DNA of 64,000 nucleotides from Geosiphon pyriformis uo1 (taxonomy: Eukaryota > Fungi > Glomeromycota). Positions within the stretch are counted from its first letter, which is position 1, and every line of letters starts with the position of its first letter. A program made the position numbers and the translations under genes. The DNA lies in assembly GCA_016748015.1 (NCBI GenBank), contig JAAOMT010000135.1:62001-126000 (forward strand), in the 5' to 3' direction. The notes under the pieces were generated by a model. That model did not search any database. It saw nothing but the letters and a program-made list of their open reading frames with translations, and was not told where the DNA came from. This document shows, piece by piece, positions 1 through 10,339 of the stretch.

Positions 1-344
1 TATGATAACAGCTTTGATGTTATGATGAATCTATGAAAAGATCAGCCTTCCAGAATCAAATTCAGTCCTGATCAGACTGCTAAGTGAATGAGTGGTATAG
101 TTAAGAATAGTCATAAGCTTGTTAGTATTATGGGTAAGATGTATGAATTAGATATGTTTGATACATTAGGTAGCAAAAATAGTACTAGTGTGTAGTTAGG
201 GTTTTCTGCTTGTGGTTAGCCACATCTTGTGATTTTTGTATTATTGGGTGAGCTGGCTTTGTAAAACTGCCACATTACTGTGGCTTAACTAATAAATGAC
301 CAGTGTGACTACATGTTAACATAAATAAAAAAAATAAAAAAAAA
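1..344 (+). mobile_element. 3' end of ORF1-only non-LTR retroposon (copy 1), inserted in the 5' LTR of gypsy copy A1
   Basis: Matches the reverse complement of about 2035-2356. ORF C-terminus ends TAG at 193-195, followed by a 3' UTR with AATAAA and an A-rich tail at about 321-344. Family-A LTR sequence follows directly. Confidence 0.85.
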
Positions 345-580
345 GAATTATACCAATGTGTGATTATTTGTTGACAGTACAGACTATTTCTCTACTTTCA
401 GATTCTCTGGTTATTTTTGAAAAGTATAACAACTGAAATATTTTATGAGACTGATCTCACATATTGAATCCATACTTATTCAATTTGCTTTTTGAAATTG
501 AATTCCCTTTGATTCCTTTTATTACTCTATAATTCTGTTCTCTCTTGCTATCCATTAGCTTGTTACTTCAACCTATAACA
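345..580 (+). repeat. Partial 5' LTR of A1
   Basis: Matches the 3' part of LTR 16008-16743 and ends in TAACA followed by TAAAAG-TGG. Confidence 0.9.
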
Positions 581-586
581 TAAAAG

Positions 587-604
587 TGGTGCTCCCTGTA
601 AGGT
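587..604 (+). promoter_or_regulatory. Primer-binding site of family A (consensus TGGTGCTCCCTGTGAGGT)
   Basis: Begins TGG, complementary to tRNA CCA. Lies 6 nt after the 5' LTR in every copy that retains one (also 18520-18537 on +, 60133-60150 on -). Confidence 0.8.
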
Positions 605-2169
605 TGTCAAAATCCACTTTGTTTTCTATTGTATGGATGATTATTTATACCTGCCACAACAATTAGAAGAATACTTTGAAGCATACAACAAAAATAATTT
701 AGACTTTATTGAACTCAATTCTTTGCTCTTCTGCTTGATTTGCTTTTCCATTGAAGAACAATCTAGTAGACAATTCTAAGACTTTTGAAACTGGTTCCTG
801 AATGAACATTCAGCTGAAACCTATACAGCTTATACAACTTATTACTTTGACCAAGCTTATTTTGAAGACAACTTTGAAGAAAGAAATAACAGTATCAATT
901 AGCTTTTATATTCAACAACCTTTAAACAACAGCCCCCTGATTTTGAATACCTGAATTACCAAATTCACATCTGGATTGCTGCCCATCAGTTATCTAAAAC
1001 CCCCTTTGAAACAGAAAAAAAAAGCTATCAAACTGCTCCTGTTTTTGATCTCTTCTTAAGTGAATCAAAACATTCCACAAAAACAGCTACTCCTGAACCA
1101 ATGGCTAATAATCCCATGCAACAAAACATTTTGATTGCCCTCCAGAGCATACAAACTGCTTTAGGGTAAAGAAATAACATCCTACTACCTTTATTCAGAG
1201 ATAATATACAAGATCTAATTAAATGATTAAATGACTTTAAAAGAGCTGCCACAGCCAACCAATATGATAATAAATATAAATTCCAAATCATTGGTGGTTA
1301 CCTCCAAGACTCTTCTGCTACTTGGTTCTCACAAGAAACCAATACTAATGCTTAGCAAAGAATTATTAGATGGACACCAGCAAATACTAGAGAAGATAAC
1401 ACCTCTTTTACTACCCAGTTTGAAATGAAATTTAGAACTTCTATCTTGATATCCAAATGGCATATGGAATTAAAAAGAAAAACCCAAGGTTCTGATGAAG
1501 TTGTAACTGAGTATGCCAAGCAAGTAGATTCTGGAAGGAACTGGACAGAAAAGCAAAAAATTTATTTTTTTACAAAAGGATTGAGAACTGATCTTTCCTA
1601 TGCTTTTTGGCTTCTCTTGGCACTGAAAGACAATCCCACAATGGATATGACCATTGAGAATAGAAGACAATCAAAGAATGCACCTAGAATCTACTCTTTC
1701 AGTTTTTGCTTCTGCTTCTATTATGGCTTCTGCTTTACAAATAGCTGCTATCTCTTTTGCTGCCCAAACTCAAGACCCCAATAAACAGTTGATAGATAAA
1801 CTTACAGCAAATTTTGCTCAGCTATTAAAACCATTAGCCCAAGCAGTTAGAGACAACCAGCAATTACAAAGATCTAGATTTGAACCACGTTTTAATCAGT
1901 CTTAGCAGCCCTCTTATCAAAGATAGCAAAATCATGGCTCACCTGTGTGCTATTGCTGTGGATTAACTGGACACTTTTCCAGAGATTGCAACAATCCTCT
2001 ATTGTCTTTTTCAATTCTTAAAAACAATGACAAATTTTTTTTTGTTAATGTGTAGTCATGCTGATTGTTTATTAATTAAGTTCACAGTAATGTGGTGGTT
2101 TCATAAAGTCAGTTCACCCAATAATACAATAATTACAAGATGCGGTTAACCACAAGTGGAAAGCCCTAA

Positions 2170-4065
2170 CTACACACTAGTACTACTTATGCTACTTAAT
2201 GTATTAAACATATCTAACTTATACATCTTACCCATGATGTTAACAAGCTCATGATTATTCTTAACCATACCACTCAGTTAGATCAGGACTGGATTTGATA
2301 CTGGATGACTGATCTTCTCATAAATGCATCATACCATCAAATGTGTTATCATAGACAGAAAAATCTTTATTTTTGATATCATCATCATCATTATCATTCA
2401 TGTCATTATTATTTGACACATCTTCCAAACAAGCCCATTCACTTTTTTTTTCAAGGCATGTTATCCTCTTTTGCATCACAATAGCAATGGCAGCCAAGCC
2501 TTTATTTTGCTCAGCCAACCCAGCCACACTTTCCTTAACTGACACATCCACAGCAGGTGAAGTAGACAACAATTTGTTAACCAAAACAACCAGAGCACCA
2601 ATAGGCTCAACCAAGGATTTTATCAACAAAGACAGTTCATCAAGATGGGATTTTAGAGAAGCCAACCTAGCTTCAACAGCATCATTGAGAGCAGAAGGGG
2701 CAACAAGCAACAAGAGTGTTATAGTTGGGAGGGGGACTACTGAGATCCAAGTTCATATTAGCAACAGCAGCAACAAGAGGAAACACTATGGCAGCAGCTT
2801 TGGCATAAGATTTGGAGCCAGCAACAGAGAATTTGAAAATTTTTGGGCCACCAGAGGAGTTGGAAGAGACTTTGGGAGAGAGAGGTGGTGACACCTTGCA
2901 CTCTAAAGCCAAATAATCTATATCTTGACATGTATAGCAGCAGCAACATCTAGGAGTTTTCCACCAGATGCGGCAGCCACATAAGGTACCAGTTTTTGAA
3001 ACAGCAATGTTCAAAGATTCCAAGAAATCAAAGGTAACCACAGCAAAATGTTGACATCAGTATGACTCTGGAGAGTGAGGAATAAAACAGGTATGGCCAC
3101 CAACTTGAGAGACCAAATCACTTATCTCAAAAGCAGTATAGCCAAAAGGAAGATTAACCAACTTGGCTTTGAAAGCATCTCTTAAGGTAATAACCTTTTT
3201 TTGGTTGACTAAAGATAGAATTCTAACACTGTCCTTTTTTACCAGAACTAACCAGTGAGTAAGAGCAGCAGCAGCAGAAAAAGTGTCTTTAAAATGAACC
3301 ACAGCATATTGCCATAAGCCAGCAGGCTTTAATTTAACAGAAACAACAACACCAAAAATGCCAAGAGCAGATTTGATGTTATCAGAAGAGGTACCCAAAA
3401 GTACATCACAAAATGCAATTGACAAAGGAGGGGAAGAAACAGAGGCCATACCAGAAGACCGTGCAATCTTAAGAGTGGTTAAAAAAACCTCATCACTAAT
3501 GGCCACTTTGGTGGCACCATTTAGACTCTCTTGAGATGCAAATTTCACACAGAACAACTTGACAGCATCTTGTGAAACAGACTTAAGCCCAATACAACCA
3601 GGCAGCAACTGAAACAAAAAACTAAGCAAGACCATCTTAATCTTAAATGTAGCACCAGATACAAGATTGAAGGCCACCCAATCAGAAAATCTTTAATGAC
3701 CATTTACATTTTCCCAAGTACCACCATTAGCAGCACCAGAAATTGGGAGAAAAGCAGTTGATTCTATTTCTATCTGATCAGCCCAATCTTTGAGATCATC
3801 TGAAATGATGGACTGTTTTGCTACTGGAATTGGTGATAATCTGCTAGAGAGTACTACATTAGGCAACACAGCCAGTGGTTGATCTTGGCCCATTTTGGGA
3901 GATGTGCTGCTGCTGTTGCCATCCATATTAAGAAGAGGGCTGGCTGCTGCTGTGAAGATCTTACCAAAGATCTCATCTGGAACCACAAAGGGGTTTGGTG
4001 TAACCATAGCAGTTGTGACTGCCTGCTGCTGTTTTTTGGAATTTTTGGCTTTTACAGCCATTTGT

Positions 4066-4107
<42 letters not shown>

Positions 4108-4436
4108 ATAAGAGCAGGGAAGACCAACTTGTTGACTGGTCTGTTATTAAAAATCTTTGGGCTTTTTGAAGTGGTGGAGACATTACTGGGACTAACTTGA
4201 GTGTATTTTTTTGAAGGAACTTTGACTGGAGAGGAACTTCCAGCCAAAGGAGAGGAAAATAAACCAGAAGCTGCTAAAGGCAGCTTTTCACTAATATTTT
4301 TCAAAGGAAATGTAACCAGAATGTTTTATCTAGCTGCTTCAATAACAGAGAGACTCTTTTGTGTTAAAACTTTATTAGTTATGATAGGAAAAGTAATGTT
4401 TGCAACTTTTTTACTCTTAGCTCTAGTCGTGGTCAT
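2170..4436 (-). pseudogene. LINE ORF1-like nucleic-acid-binding protein, about 750 aa (S/T-rich N-terminus, RRM-like blocks, CCHC knuckle, coiled coil, acidic patch)
   Basis: ATG at 4436 is in frame with ORF pieces 3693-4304, 3057-3677 and 2682-3041; frameshift to 2318-2713; TAG at 2172-2170. RRM-like 'IKSALGIFGVVVSVKL..QYAVVHF' and 'LVNLPFG..EISDLVSQVGG'. Knuckle 'CYTCQDIDYLALEC' (H>Y). Domain calls are by eye. Confidence 0.7.
4068..4106. repeat. (AGT)13 microsatellite encoding poly-Thr in the ORF1-like protein
   Basis: Read directly. Confidence 0.95.
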
Positions 4437-4587
4437 AAAATTAAGAAGAGAAAAAGTTTTTTTATAAAAACAATAACAATTAAACCAACAGAACTATTAA
4501 CAACAATGCCCCTAATCAAAGACCCAATCATGCCAACATCAATTTTTTTGGAGAGAATCCTCTAGTTGAAGCTACTGTTTATTAGCC

Positions 4588-4628
4588 TTTAAACTAGTAG
4601 GCACACCTTCAAAGGGTGAGAGTGCAAG
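4588..4628 (+). promoter_or_regulatory. Putative -1 ribosomal frameshift signal (T TTA AAC plus downstream hairpin) at the gag/pol junction
   Basis: X XXY YYZ heptamer in the gag frame just before the gag stop; the -1 frame continues into pol. Also at 13016-13022, 31638-31644, 47444-47450, 50758-50764 and 58557-58563. Confidence 0.8.
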
Positions 4629-7600
4629 CCAACCAGAAGAAAACCCCTTTTGTGCCTTTAACCTAACTAATGATGATCATAATATAGATGAACTGGCAAT
4701 CAACACTTTTGACTTGACAAGAAAGAAGAAAAAAGCCAAGATTGATTTTGTTTTAGATCTCAACAAAGCTTCAACTTCCATTGCTGATAACAATGAGCCA
4801 CCAAAGGCCAAAGTTTTCAAGAATTCTCCAAAGTTGAAACCCTCAAAAAAGTACAAAAATCTGGTTCTTATTCTGTTGTCAAAGATCTCATGAAAATGCC
4901 TGTTTATATTACCTTTGGCCAGTTAATGACCCATCCCCAATTCAGAAAAGACTTTTACAAATCTTTGATTTTCAAAAAAATGACACCAAAGATCAATAAG
5001 CACTCACACCAAGCTAAACTTGCTAACAACAACAATGTTACTCCTCTTATTTGTAAAGCCCAAGTGGCTGGTTACTTTATTAATCTGATCCTGGACAGTA
5101 AATCATTTGTTAGCATTATTGCCAAACACTTTTTAAAAGCAATTGGCAGAAAAATTGATGAATTATCTACAAGCCTAATGACCATTATACATGGTAACAA
5201 GAAAAAAAATCTGGGCTGTTTCTGTTCACATTAATGGCATTAGCATTGAAACTGACATGAAAGTATCTGAAGCAAAGGTAAGCCATTAAATAATATCAAA
5301 ACAGATAAAGAAAAAATTATGGTAAATGGCAAGCTGATCTGCTAGTCCTACTATGATATCCTCAGAAGAACATTTGATAGAAAACCTGGCAAGAAAGCAA
5401 AATATAGTTATTGGTGGCATGGTCTTTGTGCCAAGTGCTGGTGTGATAAACTTTTGTATTTTCCTAATGATGAATACAAGTCTTGTTTAATCTATTACAA
5501 AAATTGGGAGCCAATTAGTTTGATACTCAGAGAAGAACTAAAAGAAGTACAGAAGTCCTTTGAGAATAAACCATTTGAAATTCAATCACTAGTTACAGAA
5601 CAAAGAAAACCTTTTCCTGAAGAAAAAAAATGGATATTGAAAATCTGTTGGTTAGAAATAGCCCAGTTATTTCAAAAGAAGATGATATCCTTAGATGAAC
5701 CCATGTGATACAACACACCATTACCACAAAAGAAATTTATTCCATCCATTTAAAGCCTTATCAATCCAATTGACACAATAATGAATTTATCAAGAAAGAG
5801 ATAAACCAAATAAAAGATCTTGAATTTATACAAAAAACCAAAAATGAATGGGCTTTCTCAGTTGTAGTGGTATCTAAAAAAGGTGGAACCCTATGTTTCT
5901 GTGTTAACTACCACCATCACTATAAGAGACATGTACTTATTTCTCAAAATTGATATAATGCTAGATAAATTCAATAGTGCTGCTTTCTTCTCAACCATAG
6001 ACTTAACTGCTGGATTCTGACAAGTAGAGATGGATCCAAAAAGCAGAAAAAAACTGCTTTCATTACCAAGTATGGCAATTTGAATTCACAGTCATTCCTT
6101 TTGGTCTCACCAATGCCCCTTCCATCTTTTAATGCTTAATAGACAAAGTATTTAAATCAGTAAAAGAAAATTTTGTTCTAGTCTATTTAGACAACATAAT
6201 AGTCTACTCAAAACCTGAGATGAACACTTTGAACATTTGCAAAAGGTTTTTGACCTGCTCAAAAATGCTGGCCTTAAGATCAACTCAATTAAATCTTTTT
6301 TTGGATGCCAATCCACCCAGTTTCTTGGTCATCTTATTACAAAAGATGGAATCTTTCCTGACCTAACTAAAGTTGAAAAAGTTCAAAACATTAGACAATC
6401 AATAAATGTTCCTAAACTATGCTCTTTTCTTGGTTTGGCTTCTTACTATTGCAAATTTATTAAAAATTTCTTCAAAATTGCCTTTTCTTTCAATTAACTA
6501 CTTAAAAAAAATGTCAATTATTACTGGAGCACTCATTAACAAAAAGTTTTTGAAATTCTGAAGGAAAAAATTGTTACTGAACTAATTCTCAAGCAACCTA
6601 ATTTGGACCAATCTTTCATTCTTCACACTGATGCATCTAGCTATGGACTTGGTGCTGTCTTTTCACAGAAAGATGAAAATGGCAGAGAACATGCTATAGC
6701 ATATGCCAATAGATTCCTTATACCAGCAAAAAAGAACTATTCAGTTACTGAACAAGAATGTTTAGCAGTAGTTTGGACTACTAGTTACTGGAATCAATAT
6801 CTTGGTGAAAAATTCTTAGTGGTAACAGATCATCAAGCCTTGGTTTGACTGTGCAATAAAAAAAAGCTGGAACACAAACAAATAACTTGCTAGATACTCT
6901 ACTTAGATGAATTCAACTATGATATTCAACACCACAAAGGAGCAAATCATCAAAATACCAACACCCTCTTTAGACTTACTATCCAGTAACAGTACAAGCT
7001 TCTCAAACCAAACCAACTTAATTATTAATAACTCTCCTTTTAACAAATACAATAATGGACTTGAACAACTACTCTGCCTTAATAGAATTTTTGGGTAAAA
7101 AACAATACCCACCAGAATACACTTGACAGCAAAGAGAACATTTGCACAAACAATCAAATTTCTATTTGATTTGCCAGAACCAATTATACAAAAGAAACAG
7201 AAAAGATCTTAACCACCCCCAAAAAGTCATCAGATTTGAAGAAAGAGAAATTGTAATATACAACATGCACACTGACTCATTAGCTAGACACTTTGGAAAA
7301 ACAAAGACAATTCAAAAAACTTTAGCTTACTATTATTGGCCTACCTTGGGAAAAAACATTGCTGAATACATCAAAACCTTTATATCTGCCAAAAAAAAGA
7401 CAAATTCAATTGCAAAAAAGATATTTATCCAATTTTTGTTGGTTAACTATTTGACAGAATTGGTATAAATATTGTTGAATCTTTAACAATAACTCTTAAT
7501 GGCAACAGATAAATTATCACCACTACTGACTATCTTACAAAGTGGGTAGAAGCAAGAGCCACTTCAGACCAAACAGCAGTTTCAATAGCTAATTTCATTT

Positions 7601-8248
7601 ATGAAGATATTATCTGCTGTCATGGTTGCTTTAAAGAATTTTTATCTGATAGAGAAAAAGCTTTTCTCAGTATACTAATTGAAAAACTTTGCAGAAAAAT
7701 GGGAATATGTCACAAACTGTCCTTCTTCTGTCACCTCTAAACAAATAGCCTAGTAGAACATTTCAATAGAACATTATGTAAAACCTTAGCCAAAACCAGT
7801 AAAGAAACAAACTTATAAGACAAAGTATTGTCTTTAGCTTTGTTTGCTTATAGAACTGTAAATCATGACATAACAAATTATAAACCTTTTTATCTACTCT
7901 ATAAACACATGGCAATACTACCAATAAAAATTGACATTAAGACAATACTCTTTGCAAAAATCACAATAGAAAATTACAAGGACATTTTACAAAAAAGACT
8001 TGGTACCATTCTTGACTCCTTGATAAAAGCATAAATAATTGCTTTTGAAAAAAAACCTATAAAACACTTTCTTTAAGTGTTGGTGACTTGGTACTAGAAT
8101 ACTATTCAAATAGAGACAATGTTTATGGTGATAAATTCTTTAGCCAATGGAAAGAACTCTTTATAGTCAACAAAGTTTTGAACAATAGTTCTTATATTCT
8201 TCAAGATCAATCTGGAACAATCTTCAATAATCATCCTGTTCATGGTAC

Positions 8249-8916
8249 TGTTACGGGTTGGAGTAACAAGCTAATGGATAGCAAGAGAGAACAGGATTGT
8301 AGGGTGATAGAAATAATCAAAGGGAATTCAACTTCAATGAGCGAATTGAATGAGTATGGATTCAATGTGTGAGATCAGTCTCATAAAATATCTCAGTCAC
8401 TATTCTTTTCAAAAGGTAACAAGAGAATCTGAAGGTAGAGGGATAGTCCGTACTGTCAACAATTGATCACTGCTGGTATTAATTCTATGCCTTCATGTCA
8501 GCACTCTTAGAATTCAATATCAGGTATCAACTTGTGCTCTTCAGTCACATTTATACAAATAGTCTTCAAATACTACAATTATTCAAACAGGAAAAGGCCA
8601 ACAAGTAATTTTTTATCCTAAGATGTTCAGATACTTGAAGGTAGGGAAAGAGAAATTAGCAATAAGAGAGTGATTGAGATGAAAGTTGTTATTTTTATTT
8701 ATTTGATTCTTGTTTGAGAGATGATTTTCTACAGTTAAGAGACTCATCACTTATATAGCTAATAAAAGTGGTCAATGACTAGGTCAATAATCAGGTCAAC
8801 AGTCAGGTCATTAATCAGGTCAATGATCACTATCTAAAAATAGAGTGGCTAATTATATGACATCAGTGGCTAATACATGTGATAACTAATAAAAATTATG
8901 GGTTTCAACTGTAACA
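8249..8916 (-). repeat. 3' LTR of A2 (668 bp)
   Basis: TGTTAC...GTAACA termini; matches 14619-15252. Confidence 0.95.
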
Positions 8917-9455
8917 TTATCCTCTCCAAAGAGATTGAGCTCTGGTGAAATCAAAAAGTGTATAGTACTTGAGGCAAAATAAGCTTTGTATCCAAGAGAC
9001 CAAATCTTTGTAGCTCTTCTTGCAATGGTCAAAACTCTTGGAACATCTAAATGTATAATGCCCAAAATTTCCACTTGTATCTCTAAAGTTGTTTTCTTTA
9101 TGAGCTTCATTTCTTCTATGATTTCACCAAGACAACCATAGAGTTCTAGTTGCCTTCCATATGACAAGTTTTTGTCTATGAGCAAGATTTCCTTAATCGT
9201 TTTTCCAATTGTTATGGAAGGTGTAAGTATTGCTGCTGTTATGCTTTCCAGCAAATACTTATCTATTTTGCTACCAATTCTTTCTCTTCTGGTAGTGGTT
9301 TTCTTTGGTCTAATAACAGTATGTGTTCCACTGTTATCAGTTATGGTGGTTTGTTTTCCAATGGTCAGAGTAGCATTTGGATAATTTTTGATCCAGTACT
9401 CATGGAGAGTGTAAAAAGCATTTTGAATGTTTTGATCTAGGAAATAATTGTTCAT
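8886..9455 (-). pseudogene. A2 accessory ORF downstream of integrase (internally deleted)
   Basis: MNNYFLDQNIQNAF...ELNLFGEDNVTVETHNFY; homologous to 24108-24764. Confidence 0.8.
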
Positions 9456-9496
9456 GTCAATTGAAGATACCTCTGTTTTGGGAATGGTGTATTTAT

Positions 9497-10272
9497 TTAT
9501 ATCTGATTTTTGTTGATTATTTGGGTTGGTATTACCACAACAGGTAACCAATCAGGTCATTTGTGATATTTCTTGAGTCATGTGCCATGAACAGGGTGAT
9601 CATTGAAGATTGTTCTATATTGATCTTGTAAGATATAAGAACCATTGTTCAAAACTTTGTTGACTATAAAGGGTCCTTTCCACTGGCTAGAGAATTTNNN
9701 NNNNNNNNNNNNNNNNNNNNNNNNNNNNNNNNNNNNNNNNNNNNNNNNNNNNNNNNNNNNNNNNNNNNNNNNNNNNNNNNNNNNNNNNNNNNNNNNNNNN
9801 NNNNNNNNNNNNNNNNNNNNNNNNNNNNAGGAGTTATTGTTAAAGGTCCAACAACATCTATACCAATTCTGTCAAATGGTTGACCAACAAAAATTGGATG
9901 GATATCTTCTTTGCAATTGGGTTTTCCTCTTTTTTGGCAGATATCACAGGTTTTAATGTATTCAGCAATGTCTTTTCCCAAGGTAGGCCAATAATAATGA
10001 GCTAGAGTTTTCTGAATTGTTTTTGTTTTTCCAAAGTGTCCAGCTAATGGATCAGTGTGCATATTGTAGATCACAATTTCTCTTTCTTCAAATCTGATGA
10101 CTCTCTGGGGGCGGTCAGGATCTTTTCTATTTCTTTTATAAAGTTGGTTCTGGCGAATCAAATAGAAATTTGATTGTTTGTGCAAATGTTCTCTTTGTTG
10201 TTGTGTGTATTTCAGTGGGTATTGTCCTTTACCCAAAAATTTCATTAAGACAGAGTAGTTGTCCAAGTCCAT
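9497..10272 (-). pseudogene. A2 integrase (middle hidden by N gap 9698-9828)
   Basis: MDLDNYS..., HTDPLAGH...CDIC (HHCC), IGIDVVGPL, and the GPF motif after the gap. Confidence 0.9.
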
Positions 10273-10339
10273 TATCATGTTTGTCAAAAAGGGGGAATTA
10301 CTAATAATTAAGTTGGTTTGGTTTGAGAGGGTTGTTCTG

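Larger units (their letters stand above)
2034..4464 (-). mobile_element. ORF1-only non-LTR retroposon (HAL1-like), copy 2, inserted in A1 gag
   Basis: 15-bp TSD TAAAAACAATGACAA (2019-2033) / TAAAAACAATAACAA (4465-4479). T9 tail at 2035-2043. One long degenerate ORF with no RT or endonuclease motif. Confidence 0.85.
633..8248 (+). pseudogene. A1 gag, PR-RT-RNaseH (stop 6987-6989) and 5' part of integrase (ATG 7055); many stops and deletions
   Basis: Peptides LILDSKS (protease), HTDASSYGLGAV (RNase H) and MHTDSLARHFG (integrase HHCC). Interrupted at 2034-4464. Confidence 0.9.

Noticed and set aside
9698-9828. Apparent deletion of about 540 bp in A2 integrase
   Set aside because: It coincides with an N gap of estimated size, so deletion cannot be told from gap mis-sizing.
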